This document shows positions 1 through 11,034 of a stretch of 64,000 nt of DNA, piece after piece. The position numbers and the translations under genes are program-made. The DNA is taken from IMG/VR virus record IMGVR_UViG_3300027708_002017; one strand, given 5' to 3'. The notes under the pieces are model-generated. The model was not told the DNA's origin. It did no database searches and was given only the letters and a program-made list of their open reading frames with translations. The DNA is from an uncultured virus (IMG/VR IMGVR_UViG_3300027708_002017). Taxonomy: Duplodnaviria; Heunggongvirae; Uroviricota; Caudoviricetes. Every line of letters begins with the position of its first letter. Positions within the stretch are counted from its first letter, which is position 1.

Positions 1-1143
1 TTTAAAAGATATTTTATTATTTTGATCTAGCCACGTATTGTATGTTATTCCTTTTTGGAATAGTTCTTCATCACCTTTAAATTGACTAGCTAAACTGTTT
101 AACTGCCAGCTATTTAAATCTGTGGATCTGTTTAGTATAATATCTTTATAAAAACTTGGCAACACACCGACTGATAAGAACACAGGATCATATACATAAT
201 TCATATGAACATGTAACCCTCTTGCCTGCATAAAATTATGAAATTCATTTACGTAGTATACATTTAGCCAGCTTATAGTTTGACATACACTTGTTTCAAT
301 CCAGGGAAATGATTGAAGTTTATCTAAATTATCAATAACAGTATCCCAGTCGGACCCGGCACGAATGTAATCATTACGTTTGCCTAAGTCATCTATGCTG
401 GCAGTTATTTGTACCTTTTTAAAGCTACTCCATAAATCAATTAACTTGTCTGGCAAGTTAGTCATGTTTATGTTATACCATAGAGTAATTTGTTTGTTTA
501 GACCACGTTTGATTAATTCTTCTAAGTAACGCCAGTGTTTCTCTACTAGTGTAGGCTCACCACCGTTGACATAAATTAGTTCAACATCTTTGCTATGCTC
601 GAACAGGTCATCCCAAAACTCGTCACTTTCGGTCCAGTCACTATTAATCTTTCTATCGTAGTGTGTTACAAATTTTAACTCTTGTTGTAGTTTTTGATAG
701 GGTTGTATCCAGTTTGTACTGCTAGCAGGATTACAGGTTCGGCATTTAAGATTACATAAGTTACCTAGTCGTAGTTCGATAAACTTAAAATTAACGGGTA
801 TAGTGCCATCTTTTTGTGTGATAGCACGAGCCATATCTTCTGTGAACCTTAGTTTGTCGTTTTCTTCTACACGTTTACTTCTAACACCGTTAGCTTCTTC
901 TTGGAAACAACGTTCACACGCCTTAGGTACAATACCGTTGAGCATTTCTAATCTGGTAGCCTTATAATAATCGCTATTCATAATATCACTTATTTTGTGA
1001 TTATTAAGATCAAGATATGTCAAAGGTTGATAATTTTTAGCTCGACTGGCGGCCCCACGATGATCACTTACACAGCATAATGTAGCACCCCCGTCAGGGT
1101 GCGTAGCTAAGTGTATCCAAGGTAAACTGCAATAGGTACTCAT
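1..1143 (-). CDS. Radical SAM enzyme with N-terminal SPASM/Twitch-like domain (3' end beyond window)
   Basis: Not in ORF track. Hand translation from ATG 1143: MSTYCSLPWIHLATHPDGGATLCC...CERC...LGNLCNLKCRTC...NGGEP. Confidence 0.88.
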   Translation of the reverse strand, partial: MSTYCSLPWIHLATHPDGGATLCCVSDHRGAASRAKNYQPLTYLDLNNHKISDIMNSDYYKATRLEMLNGIVPKACERCFQEEANGVRSKRVEENDKLRFTEDMARAITQKDGTIPVNFKFIELRLGNLCNLKCRTCNPASSTNWIQPYQKLQQELKFVTHYDRKINSDWTESDEFWDDLFEHSKDVELIYVNGGEPTLVEKHWRYLEELIKRGLNKQITLWYNINMTNLPDKLIDLWSSFKKVQITASIDDLGKRNDYIRAGSDWDTVIDNLDKLQSFPWIETSVCQTISWLNVYYVNEFHNFMQARGLHVHMNYVYDPVFLSVGVLPSFYKDIILNRSTDLNSWQLNSLASQFKGDEELFQKGITYNTWLDQNNKISFK

Positions 1144-2387
1144 TTAGGTCCTAGTTCCTTAATAAAGATTTCATCCATCCATGGATAAATTCCACGCCAG
1201 TTTTGTTTACGTCTGACATCTAGCTCATCAAGATAGTCTCTAAGTTCTTTCATTTGTTCTTTGTTAACTTCTGAACTTTTAATTTGTACAGCAAACCCTT
1301 CAAGATAATTTACATAAGAGTTATCGAGTCTAGAAGCAGAGTCTACTAACTTATCTGTATATTCTGTTAAGTAGTGGCCAAAGACACTTGGGTCTAAGAA
1401 TGTAGGATGTGCCACCACATTCCAACCTTGTCTAATATGTTTAATTTTATTCCACTCTACAATCTTATCTGTTAGTTTATATGCTGTAGGCAAGGTGATA
1501 GGACTTAATGTAGATTGTACAAACACACTTATTTCTGGAATGCTCAATAAAATATTAAAGTTATCTTCCCAGTTCTTTAAACTCATTCCGTTTCTGGCAT
1601 ACTCTTGTTCTTCGTCCCAGCAATCTATACTACAAACAATTTCAAAGCGACGGATCTTGTTTTGTTTAATCAAGTCAACAATTTTATTCATCTTAACTTC
1701 AAATTGTTGTGTATTATGTTTAAGATTACTAAATACTTTCCAGTTAAGATTTGGGTTGTTATGTGTTTCAAAAAAGTCTAAACATTCTTGAAACTCAGGT
1801 TGGAACATAGGCTCACCGCCTAACACTTGCAAATCATATAAATGATGTGCGTGTTCTTCCATCCATTCCCAAAACTCTCTTTTCCATTGTTCGTATAACG
1901 GTTTAGCACTCCAGTTACCATGCAAATTATATCTTTCACTGATAGGTCCAAACTTTTTAATTTCGTGTTCAATAACACTACTAAACATAGGGCTACAATA
2001 AACACACGATTGGTTGCACAAATTACTAAAATAAATTTCTAAAATTCGAGGTGTAACACGAGTTGCCGTTGGATCCGTTTCTAATTCTGGAGGAACCATA
2101 TCTAAATCGTTAATATAACCTGTACGCTCGCTGACACCACCTGCATCTTCAATTCGCTTACAATAGTTACATTCGTTCTCAGGCCACTCGCCGTTCAACA
2201 TTAATTCTCTATCTCTAATTTTTAATGGGAGATTATGAAAGTCTTTGAAATTTGTTTCATCTAAGTAGCCTCCCATCACCCTGTGGCAACTGCTAGTTGA
2301 TCCTTCGGATAAGAAGATACTACTCCATGCCCATTTATATTGGCATGCGGTTTCCGTTTTAATTGGAAAAACCTTTTGTTTTTTCAT
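1140..2387 (-). CDS. Radical SAM enzyme, N-terminal Twitch-like domain
   Basis: CNQSCVYC (CX3CX2C), LGGEP, N-terminal CxxxW..SCH..CNYC. Confidence 0.9.
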   Translation of the reverse strand: MKKQKVFPIKTETACQYKWAWSSIFLSEGSTSSCHRVMGGYLDETNFKDFHNLPLKIRDRELMLNGEWPENECNYCKRIEDAGGVSERTGYINDLDMVPPELETDPTATRVTPRILEIYFSNLCNQSCVYCSPMFSSVIEHEIKKFGPISERYNLHGNWSAKPLYEQWKREFWEWMEEHAHHLYDLQVLGGEPMFQPEFQECLDFFETHNNPNLNWKVFSNLKHNTQQFEVKMNKIVDLIKQNKIRRFEIVCSIDCWDEEQEYARNGMSLKNWEDNFNILLSIPEISVFVQSTLSPITLPTAYKLTDKIVEWNKIKHIRQGWNVVAHPTFLDPSVFGHYLTEYTDKLVDSASRLDNSYVNYLEGFAVQIKSSEVNKEQMKELRDYLDELDVRRKQNWRGIYPWMDEIFIKELGPK

Positions 2388-3766
2388 AAATTATTCCACC
2401 ACTTAATTAAGTCTTTATTTTGTGAATATATATCTTCTATAGTATACGTGTCTTTACGTATTGTTTCAAGTCGTTTGAGCCAGTTCTTTCCATTCCTAGC
2501 GGCTTTCTTATATTCATTAGGGTATGCTTCTTCGTGTGTCTGGCGAGTTTTCATCGACTCCAATGTGGTAATAAGTGTTTGCTGTTTATTTCCGGCAAGG
2601 GGTTTCATGTAAGATAGTAAGTCATCTATGACTGCATCGAGTATTGGCCTTGGCCATGCCATTGCAGTAAACATAATATCAGCATGAAATGCAAACATAA
2701 TTTTTGTTTCAATACGTACATCTAATTCGCGACTTAGGTCAAACAGTTCTTTAAGACTAAACATACCTGGCCCAGTTATAGTTAAATCTATAATCATCTT
2801 ATCCTTGCCGCCAGGTAGCTCGAGACCTTGTTTAAAGTTTTCTAACCATTCGTTCCATTTAAGCCCTGTACGGATATATTCGCCAATTTGTCCTGCGCCA
2901 TCTATACTAGCACACATCATCCAATCTTTAAACTTAGGCAAGTATTCGTACAAGTTCTTTTTACCAAACTGTACACGACTTAGGTTGCTGTTGTATCGCA
3001 TATAGCATGTTTTAGCAGATCCGTTATTAACCATTTCTTCTAACGCCCACCAATGTATATCATACATTAACGGCTCCCCGCCTACCCAATACATTTCTTC
3101 TACAATGCCACGTTGTATAGCATCTTTAAACTCGGGCTCTACTACAGTGCCTTGGAAATTTTCCATAGCACTTTTAATCTCAGGAATCATAAATGATTGA
3201 TTCTTCGGACTCCATAAACCATTTACTTTCTTTTCTGTTTCCCAACTACTGCTTAACTGTTCACCACACATGCGGCATTTAAAATTGCACAAGTTACTGA
3301 ATCTATAATCAAAGCTAATAGGCTCCATAGTAGTATGACCGGTTTCGTCGGTACTGTCAAATGCCTGCTGTATTTTATCTTTAAACAAGTTACCCGTAAA
3401 CCATTGTCGATATGTGCTAACACTTAGTAAATCTTTATTGCAAACATCACATTGTGGAATTTCTTCTCCACGCATTAACTTAACACGAATGTCGCGCAGG
3501 TACGGGCTATTCCAATGTTCTTTGAGGCTAACTGGATTATAGTCATCTAATGCTGTTTTGCTTTCTGTTACTTTGCCATACTTGCTGTCGTTACTGCTAT
3601 CGATGTATTGCTTTTGGAAACTGTGTTCTTCTCGGCTAGCACAACATAGTCTACGTTCGCTTTGTGGACTGATATAAGTATGGGTCCACGGAGCCATGCA
3701 AAATGTTTTGTTAGGACTGTTTGGGTTTATGCGTCCATGATCCCATATAGGTATGACTTTAGACAT
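2384..3766 (-). CDS. Radical SAM enzyme, N-terminal SPASM/Twitch-like domain
   Basis: CMAPW..LCC..CDVC; CNFKCRMC; VGGEP. Confidence 0.9.
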   Translation of the reverse strand: MSKVIPIWDHGRINPNSPNKTFCMAPWTHTYISPQSERRLCCASREEHSFQKQYIDSSNDSKYGKVTESKTALDDYNPVSLKEHWNSPYLRDIRVKLMRGEEIPQCDVCNKDLLSVSTYRQWFTGNLFKDKIQQAFDSTDETGHTTMEPISFDYRFSNLCNFKCRMCGEQLSSSWETEKKVNGLWSPKNQSFMIPEIKSAMENFQGTVVEPEFKDAIQRGIVEEMYWVGGEPLMYDIHWWALEEMVNNGSAKTCYMRYNSNLSRVQFGKKNLYEYLPKFKDWMMCASIDGAGQIGEYIRTGLKWNEWLENFKQGLELPGGKDKMIIDLTITGPGMFSLKELFDLSRELDVRIETKIMFAFHADIMFTAMAWPRPILDAVIDDLLSYMKPLAGNKQQTLITTLESMKTRQTHEEAYPNEYKKAARNGKNWLKRLETIRKDTYTIEDIYSQNKDLIKWWNNL

Positions 3767-5279
3767 TTTGTCCTAATGAATCGTTTTCGATGTCCCAGCC
3801 ATGTGCTACTTCATCGCTGACATAGCCTGCCTCTGTAGTAGCCGGATCGCCACCTAGTATAACTTCCCCACCAATGAGTTCTATACTATCGATAAAGTCT
3901 ACAAAGTCTTGCGGAAATGTAGTTCTAAAGTTTTTACCACGGCGCTGGTCATACTGCTCGTAGAAACTTCTAAAATCATTATATAGTTTAGGTTGCTCTG
4001 CTGTATTGCGGTGAGGTGTCTTAATGATATCTAAATAATCTATTAGACGATTAATTTGATCTACTTCGCCCATAGTAAGAATAGACTCGGTCCACGAACC
4101 TCTGTTAACTTTTTCACCTTCCGCTAGACGAGCATCTAACCATGTTTGTAGTTTATTCTTATAAAATTGTTTCATGTGATCAGGTAGGATTGCGGCACTT
4201 TGAAAGCTAGGGAAACGCAAAATATTTAAACTCATTGTAGGGCTAGTAGTTTGATGCTTACGTTTAAATGCTAATACATCGTCCATGAACTCTGTAATAC
4301 TAGCAAGACATAAACTGTTAATAGTCATCATCATATGTGCAGACTTTATATTACCCTCAACACATAACCGCTCCATGTTGTTCCACCATGTGGTATATTC
4401 CATGCCGTCACGAATATACTCGCTTTGTGCGCCTATACTTTCATTACTAGTGTAGATTTCCAAATGCGGAATACTGTGGCTCAGTTCAATTAATTTATCT
4501 AATATTTCTTGTTTGGGCACTAGATTACTATTGATGGCGAAACGCATTTTCTTTCCGCGATCGGGATTATTCTTAAACCATTCAAACAGTTTCCAAACAC
4601 TTGGTGCCATTAATGGTTCTCCGCCTGTAATGCGAATTTCTTCCAAACTGTCTGCTAAATCGCTTTCCCACCATTTCCAAAACGCTTGAATGTACGGGTT
4701 GTCGTCTTCATTCTTAGGACTTTCCGCCCATGGAGCAGTATCCATAAAATGTCCACGGCCGTCGCTTACAATATTAATGTATGGTCCGTTCTTTTTAATA
4801 TCACGAACCCAGCTGGTACTAAATGCCGGATTGCAATATGTACAGGCAAAATTGCAAGTGCGTTCAAAGCTAATCTCTAAAGTTTTAAGTGTAACATCAC
4901 TATCCCATGGCATTTCGCTAGATGCTTTAATATCTTCGTCGGAGTAGATATGAGTTTTAAAAACACGGTCACTAACCGCATCTCGACCCATGTCTTCGAC
5001 TTTCCAACAATATTCACATTCGTTAGGACGCTCGCCTTCTAACATCAACTTACGCATTAACTTTTTATGTTTTGTATTATGAATAGCACTAGGGTTAGTT
5101 TCAATTTCTGCAACATCAATTTTATGAGCTGGGGGATGATGGCAACTAGTAGTTTGACCGTGCCCTAACCAAATAGTAGCATTGTACCATTTTGCACCGC
5201 AGTAAGTATCGCTAATTGGATCGATGACCCTTAGTTTAAATTGTCTGTAAGTTTCTTTTTTGCTGTAATCTCTAGCCAT
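3759..5279 (-). CDS. Radical SAM enzyme, N-terminal Twitch-like domain
   Basis: CGAKW..SCHH..CEYC; CNFACTYC; TGGEP. Confidence 0.9.
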   Translation of the reverse strand: MARDYSKKETYRQFKLRVIDPISDTYCGAKWYNATIWLGHGQTTSCHHPPAHKIDVAEIETNPSAIHNTKHKKLMRKLMLEGERPNECEYCWKVEDMGRDAVSDRVFKTHIYSDEDIKASSEMPWDSDVTLKTLEISFERTCNFACTYCNPAFSTSWVRDIKKNGPYINIVSDGRGHFMDTAPWAESPKNEDDNPYIQAFWKWWESDLADSLEEIRITGGEPLMAPSVWKLFEWFKNNPDRGKKMRFAINSNLVPKQEILDKLIELSHSIPHLEIYTSNESIGAQSEYIRDGMEYTTWWNNMERLCVEGNIKSAHMMMTINSLCLASITEFMDDVLAFKRKHQTTSPTMSLNILRFPSFQSAAILPDHMKQFYKNKLQTWLDARLAEGEKVNRGSWTESILTMGEVDQINRLIDYLDIIKTPHRNTAEQPKLYNDFRSFYEQYDQRRGKNFRTTFPQDFVDFIDSIELIGGEVILGGDPATTEAGYVSDEVAHGWDIENDSLGQNV

Positions 5280-6837
5280 TTATTTTCTCGCATTCTGACC
5301 AATATTGGTACATTTCTGGAAACGTCTCCAGAAAGTTTGTTTGTCGCCTACTATCGTATTGTTTGATAAATTGATAAAACTGTCGTCTATTAGTAGTTAG
5401 TTGTTCTTGAGGCATGCCTTCTTTCATCATGGCCAAATTGCGTTTGAGCTTTAATATTTCGTGAGGCTTAAAACCTTCTAGTGTTCGACCATAATCTGCC
5501 GCCTGTTCATTTGCTTCCATAAATGCTACACAATCTTCGACAATTTCAATTAATTCAGGAGTTGCGTTTTTTACATCAAACCAGTTAGGATAGCTTAATA
5601 ATGGTATGTCAAAAAAGATTCTTTGAAAACGTTTTTGCTTGTATTTTTTATGAACTATGCCGTGTGCTTTTTCTTCGTCAGTTGCTTCTGGAGCAATTTC
5701 AAACTCTGTTTGATTGAGCCCGCCAAACTCTTGTCTTAGTTCTAATATAAGCTGTAGATAGCTACGCAAACTAGGTATGCTTAATAAATTAAATGTATTG
5801 ATAAAGCTAACAGTAGTGTAACGTGTTGAGTTTAAAAACTTGCGTATGTTATCTAGCATTAGATTATAGTTTAATCCTGTCCGCATGTACTCTGCTTGTT
5901 CGCCAGTGCCATCGAAACTAACATACAACCAGAAATGTTTAAAGCCCTTGTCCACATACCAATGATTGCCGCTATGCTCGTTAAAGTTATCTTTGTCTTC
6001 ATACGTGCGTATAACTTCAATAGCTTGTACTTTGCTGATAAAACGATCAAATAATTTAGGATCTGGAGGACACATGTTGCTAGTAATACTTAATTCCAGT
6101 TGCCCGTGAGGATTTTCATTCACATAATCTAACACCTTAAATGTGTTTTTATCCATTAGTGGTTCGCCACCTGTCATACGAAATACACGTAGGTTTCGAT
6201 ATATTTCTGGCCACCATTTCCAAAATGCTGTTACATACGGATTGTCTTTATTGGCAGATTCAATGGGCATGTAACCTTTTTGTTTAAGGCTAGTGATGTC
6301 GTTATGCCCGCCATGATCAAATTTATACGGCCCGAATTTTTCTATTTCTTCTTCCCACGTAGTACTGATATGCGGACTACAATACATACATTTGAAATTG
6401 CAAGCACGATTAAAATTAACTTCTACATAACGTGGAGTGATGTTAAAGTCAAATGGTTTACTCATTACTTCATCGTAGTGTGGCTCAGCCCACCATTCAC
6501 TAGACTTGTAATGCCTATCGCTTAGATTCTCTCCTTCGGCATCTTCGACACGCCAGCAATAACTGCAACCTTCGGGCCTTTTGCCTTCGAGCATCTGTTG
6601 TCGTTCCTGCTTCTTAAAGTTAGTGTTGTGTAAAGCACTGGCATTAATTGCAAGTTCCTCTAATGGAATAGGATGTGCAGGTGGATGATAGCAACTTTGT
6701 GTAGTTCCGTTAGTTAAATTAATGCTAACTTGTAACCATTTAGCAAGACACATACTAGGACTTACTGTATTCAGTTTATCCCGCATGTCCTCCGCACGTT
6801 GAAAGTATTCTGTGAATCCGTAATTTTTTCTTACCAT
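5272..6837 (-). CDS. Radical SAM enzyme, N-terminal Twitch-like domain
   Basis: CLAKW..SCYH..CSYC; CNFKCMYC; TGGEP. Start taken at the ATG overlapping the upstream stop (TAATG). Confidence 0.9.
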   Translation of the reverse strand: MVRKNYGFTEYFQRAEDMRDKLNTVSPSMCLAKWLQVSINLTNGTTQSCYHPPAHPIPLEELAINASALHNTNFKKQERQQMLEGKRPEGCSYCWRVEDAEGENLSDRHYKSSEWWAEPHYDEVMSKPFDFNITPRYVEVNFNRACNFKCMYCSPHISTTWEEEIEKFGPYKFDHGGHNDITSLKQKGYMPIESANKDNPYVTAFWKWWPEIYRNLRVFRMTGGEPLMDKNTFKVLDYVNENPHGQLELSITSNMCPPDPKLFDRFISKVQAIEVIRTYEDKDNFNEHSGNHWYVDKGFKHFWLYVSFDGTGEQAEYMRTGLNYNLMLDNIRKFLNSTRYTTVSFINTFNLLSIPSLRSYLQLILELRQEFGGLNQTEFEIAPEATDEEKAHGIVHKKYKQKRFQRIFFDIPLLSYPNWFDVKNATPELIEIVEDCVAFMEANEQAADYGRTLEGFKPHEILKLKRNLAMMKEGMPQEQLTTNRRQFYQFIKQYDSRRQTNFLETFPEMYQYWSECEKING

Positions 6838-7667
6838 TAGGTCCACAAACTTTGTCTAATTTTGATGAGTCGAATCATCATGGCTTCTTCTTCCGCTTCG
6901 TAAGCCTTTTCAATTTTTTGCAGTAACTTGTGAGCCTTGTCGCTAGCTTTTTTAAGCTCAGGATCTTTATCAGCACTAAAACTTAGTCGGCCACCGTTGG
7001 CAACACGACTTGCTTCACATGCCGCAGTCCAACCACTTGCTTCATATGCATCTGGACGATTACGATATGTAACAGTCCACCAAGTGTATAGCTCAATAAT
7101 TTCTTTTGCGGCATTGGCTTGATAAGTTGGTTCAGCTTCAGACTTTTTATCATCATCCAAGAACTCTTCGTTGGTAAGAGTGCTTGCCCATTTTAGATAT
7201 TCTAATCCAGCTTCTGGACAGCGCCATGTGCGTAAGCGCAACCAGCCACTACGATACCAAGGAACATTGAATTTCTTTTGTTCTTCATCGTTCCACATAC
7301 AGTAATGCCATGCTTGTTCTACTTCAACGAAATCCACAAGTTCTTTAAAAAGACAAGGGAGAAACCTATTACCAACGTCACACCAACTGCCAGGTCGGAT
7401 ATCACGAGGGTCGGCAGTAAGAGCATGACTCTTAGAAATGAAACGATTGTTGATGTAATATCTGACATCATTTAATTTATCCATAGGCCAGTTTATAAAA
7501 TTTTGTATTGCATCCAATGCATCTTCCGCCACCCAATAGCGAAAGTTGTGCTTCATCTTGGCAGTGGTACGCCATTCGTCCCATTCTTCACTTGTGGCGG
7601 CACTTAACTTTTTAGTGCCACGCACCCAATCTGCAAATTTACTGCATGACCAATAATTACTTCTCAT
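6837..7667 (-). CDS. Hypothetical Trp-rich phage protein
   Basis: 276-aa ORF coupled to both neighbours; no recognised motif. Confidence 0.75.
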   Translation of the reverse strand: MRSNYWSCSKFADWVRGTKKLSAATSEEWDEWRTTAKMKHNFRYWVAEDALDAIQNFINWPMDKLNDVRYYINNRFISKSHALTADPRDIRPGSWCDVGNRFLPCLFKELVDFVEVEQAWHYCMWNDEEQKKFNVPWYRSGWLRLRTWRCPEAGLEYLKWASTLTNEEFLDDDKKSEAEPTYQANAAKEIIELYTWWTVTYRNRPDAYEASGWTAACEASRVANGGRLSFSADKDPELKKASDKAHKLLQKIEKAYEAEEEAMMIRLIKIRQSLWT

Positions 7668-8989
7668 AATTTCTCACCTTGTGTAAAACCACGGAATCCT
7701 TTGAATCGAGGAAACCGCAAACTGTATGTACCGTCTTGATTCTGTGTTACAGCATCTGCTCTAACTTCAACAATATTTCCGCTAAGGCTATCACGGCTGC
7801 CCCAAAAACTATCACGATCACTATCTGTAAAGCCACTGCCAACGTTGACTCTGATTCGTTTTCCATCATCTTCTCCTTCGCATACTAGCGCACCAAGTTT
7901 ACCTACATTTTTACCTGTACCTTCTTCTACTGCGACTACTGCTAGACTAACTTCAATAAATGGCTTTAACTTGAGCCATGCAACACTACGCTTACATTCA
8001 TACGGCGCCTCGGGATCTTTAAGCATGATGCCTTCGTATCCACCAGCAATTGCCTTGGCATTAATTTCTTTGTAACGAACTTGTCCTACATCAGTATCCA
8101 ATCTACAAAGTTCATTGGCAACATAAGTTACATTAGGCAACAAGTCTTGATTCTGTTCCACCCAAAACTTAACCATGCTACTGCGAGTAGTTTGATCTTT
8201 ATTATACACGCCTTGTTCAAAGTCTGCAAGAGGAAGAACATCGAATAAGTTAAGCACAGCATCGCCTGCTTCTACATTGTCCTTGCGGTGTACCTGCTTC
8301 ATCAAGTCCTGGAAACTACTACTCATAATCTCACCATCTAGTACAACATCCATGCTATTGCTGGAACCTTTTAGTTGGATCACGTTTGAAATCTGTTGTG
8401 CTATATGAGGAAAATTAGCAAGTTCCTTACCATTACGGCTGAACATATCAACCCTACCATCACTACGTACAATAGTGATAACGCGAACGCCATCAAGTTT
8501 GACTTCGATGAGTTTCTTTCCTGTGACCTTAGACTCATGATTAGCACTGTCATGAGCAAGCTGACAACCAAAAATTGGAATAGCATATTGAGCATATTTT
8601 TTCTCCACTACCTTGTTAATTGTTTTTTCACTAGTACCACAGCGTAAGTCTTTGATAAGAATACGACGGTACCAACCATTCCACTCAGTTTGTGTGGCCT
8701 GTTTAATTAACGCATCAACGGCATCACGGCTGGCATTGCCTGTGAGGTCACGATTACGTAAACGCTCGACAACGCTAATAAAATTACTCCAACTAAGCCC
8801 AGGACCATCTTCATCTTTTTTCTCCGGTATTTGTTTCAATCCAAAAGTAATCATGGGATCCAGTGCCAAGCGACAACCGGCAAAGAATTCATCACAGTTA
8901 TCTTCTGCAATAGTTTGAATGATTGCTTCTTTGTTTAAACGGCTTGGATGACTTTCCAAACTCCAAATGTGACTGGCACAAACGCTCAT
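7664..8989 (-). CDS. lig: ATP-dependent DNA ligase
   Basis: EVKLDGVR (motif I), LDGEI, EGIMLK, WLKLK, SLRFPRF. Confidence 0.95.
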   Translation of the reverse strand: MSVCASHIWSLESHPSRLNKEAIIQTIAEDNCDEFFAGCRLALDPMITFGLKQIPEKKDEDGPGLSWSNFISVVERLRNRDLTGNASRDAVDALIKQATQTEWNGWYRRILIKDLRCGTSEKTINKVVEKKYAQYAIPIFGCQLAHDSANHESKVTGKKLIEVKLDGVRVITIVRSDGRVDMFSRNGKELANFPHIAQQISNVIQLKGSSNSMDVVLDGEIMSSSFQDLMKQVHRKDNVEAGDAVLNLFDVLPLADFEQGVYNKDQTTRSSMVKFWVEQNQDLLPNVTYVANELCRLDTDVGQVRYKEINAKAIAGGYEGIMLKDPEAPYECKRSVAWLKLKPFIEVSLAVVAVEEGTGKNVGKLGALVCEGEDDGKRIRVNVGSGFTDSDRDSFWGSRDSLSGNIVEVRADAVTQNQDGTYSLRFPRFKGFRGFTQGEKL

Positions 8990-9020
8990 ATTGACTCCGA
9001 TGATTAACTGTACAAATTAC

Positions 9021-9049
9021 ATTATACAGTATAATTATCAGTATGTCAA
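9021..9049 (-). promoter_or_regulatory. sigma70-type promoter for the ligase operon
   Basis: TTGACA-N17-TATAAT, exact consensus. Confidence 0.85.
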
Positions 9050-9763
9050 GTGTGTAGAGGTCTTAAATGGCTTGCCGTAGTAGGCATTTTCCAATTGGCG
9101 CATGATTAGATTTCGCATGCGGCATATGATTGGATGATTATGATTCCACTTAAACACTTTCAAATAATCACTCCAGGTGGAGTTTTTATGTTTACGGCAT
9201 TGATCAGAATCCAAATATTGGCCAATGATTGCGGGATCGTAACCAAAACGATCAATCAATTCACAGGCACAATTAAAGGCATGAGCACCCATTTCATCCC
9301 TGTCTCCGTAGTACTCTTGCTTTTTACGTTCTTTGGCGTATTCTGCTGTACTTTGATAGCCGGGAATATTTTTAAAATTTCTAGCACGGAATTGACGTTG
9401 ATGCACGATTTCGTGCAGGACCACATCGGCAAATCGAATGGCCATGCGTTTAAAACGATGATTGGTTAGTCGTAGCTTTCGATCTTCAGGATTGTAGTTG
9501 AAATTGACTTCTATGGCTGGTTTGCGTTTTTTGTCCAAATCACTGTAGTATACTCCACCCATGAAAATAAAGCCACGTGTGGTAGGAGCATAAATGCATT
9601 TTTTAAGTTTGATGGGCAAGTGCGCTTTGACATGCCTAATGATGCGTTTTTGTATCTGACTAGGAGAAAGCTCTTGCCCTACTATTTGGCCATTAAGCGA
9701 ATAGAACATGGAATACAAGTCACTTCGGGTAATTTCTGACCAATTGAATGGTAGTTGGGCCAC
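9038..9763 (-). CDS. Zincin-like (HExxH) protein
   Basis: LHEIVHQRQ...DEMGAHA; SD AGGAG and upstream TATAAATA (9784-9791). Confidence 0.65.
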   Translation of the reverse strand: MAQLPFNWSEITRSDLYSMFYSLNGQIVGQELSPSQIQKRIIRHVKAHLPIKLKKCIYAPTTRGFIFMGGVYYSDLDKKRKPAIEVNFNYNPEDRKLRLTNHRFKRMAIRFADVVLHEIVHQRQFRARNFKNIPGYQSTAEYAKERKKQEYYGDRDEMGAHAFNCACELIDRFGYDPAIIGQYLDSDQCRKHKNSTWSDYLKVFKWNHNHPIICRMRNLIMRQLENAYYGKPFKTSTHLTY

Positions 9764-9822
9764 AGTACACTCCTAGTTAATACTATTTATAGTATACTAG
9801 GCCCACCAGTTATATACACACT

Positions 9823-10413
9823 TTATGGGCGTTTTGTAATGATCTCGTCAACCAACCCAAAATCTAGGGCTTCCTGGGCACTCATAAAGTTATCTCTTTC
9901 CATACCTGCATGAAACTCATCAAATGTTTTGCCCTTGCTATTATGTTTGACGTAAATTTGTGTCAAACTCTGCTTCATTTTTAGGATCTCTTTCACTTGA
10001 ATTTCCATGTCCGTAGCTTGCCCGCCGGCGCCGCCTGAGGGCTGATGGATCATATGTCTGGCGTTTGGTAGTATTTTACGCTTGCCAGGAGCACCAGCAG
10101 TAGCAAGCAGACTTCCCATACTACAGGCTTGGCCCATAACGATGGTGCTAACGTCAGGCTTAATGAATTGCATAGTATCGTAAATAGCCATGCCAGCTGT
10201 AACCACTCCGCCCGGACTGTTGATAAAAAAATTGATATCTTCATTGCCTTGGCTTTCTAAAAATAGTAGCTGTGCTACAATCAAACTTGCCGAATGTTCG
10301 TTGACATCTGTGTCCAACATAACAATACGGTCTTTTAACAAACGACTATAAATGTCGTATGCACGTTCTCCTCGAGCTTCGGTCTCGATTACCATGGGTA
10401 CCAAATTAGGCAT
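9823..10413 (-). CDS. clpP: ATP-dependent Clp protease proteolytic subunit
   Basis: [28 protein letters not shown] (catalytic Ser), [13 protein letters not shown]. Confidence 0.97.
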   Translation of the reverse strand: MPNLVPMVIETEARGERAYDIYSRLLKDRIVMLDTDVNEHSASLIVAQLLFLESQGNEDINFFINSPGGVVTAGMAIYDTMQFIKPDVSTIVMGQACSMGSLLATAGAPGKRKILPNARHMIHQPSGGAGGQATDMEIQVKEILKMKQSLTQIYVKHNSKGKTFDEFHAGMERDNFMSAQEALDFGLVDEIITKRP

Positions 10414-10816
10414 AGATTTCCTCTTGTAAATATCTTTTTAATTCTTTGTCTGTTGGTTCAACATTGTAGTTGTGTTTGAAAAATATCTCATAACTGTCCG
10501 ATCCATATTTTCCAATACCATACAGCATTGTAGCATCTTCGCCGTCCCAGGTCAAGTAGTCCTTGCTCATACGCACCAATCTTTCATAGCGCACATTCAT
10601 CATGCCCAGAGGTGCCAAGATGGTTTTGACAAAGTCCTCATCAGCCTTGAGTAGGGCATGCGGTGTAGGGAACCAATATAGGAATTCTGGCAAGGTCAGC
10701 TTTACTGGTTTGCGGCCAGTTTGGTTCAGCATGATAACACCCACCATGTGTTCCCAACTATTTGAGATCTGTTGCTGGACCATTAGGTCATCACGTAAGG
10801 GCTCAAAGAACTTCAT
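10406..10816 (-). CDS. HhH-GPD DNA glycosylase, MBD4-like
   Basis: [27 protein letters not shown] resemble the MBD4 glycosylase domain. Confidence 0.8.
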   Translation of the reverse strand: MKFFEPLRDDLMVQQQISNSWEHMVGVIMLNQTGRKPVKLTLPEFLYWFPTPHALLKADEDFVKTILAPLGMMNVRYERLVRMSKDYLTWDGEDATMLYGIGKYGSDSYEIFFKHNYNVEPTDKELKRYLQEEIYA

Positions 10817-11034
10817 CGCATAGCATCCATTGTTAATTCTTTTCCGTAAACATGCGCCACAGGTTTAAGCCACCCATTTTCATATGCTTGTGCTATAATT
10901 TTTTTATAGTTTGAAGGACAATCCTTAGAGATTTCTATACTAGCTCGTTGACACACTGTAAATGTATCTTTGAGTAAGAACTTTGGATCTCCAGGGCGGA
11001 TAGTTCTAATATTAGATTCAGCTACTGTGAACAT
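10813..11034 (-). CDS. Hypothetical protein
   Basis: Small ORF coupled to neighbours; ATG at 11034 chosen. Confidence 0.6.
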   Translation of the reverse strand: MFTVAESNIRTIRPGDPKFLLKDTFTVCQRASIEISKDCPSNYKKIIAQAYENGWLKPVAHVYGKELTMDAMR

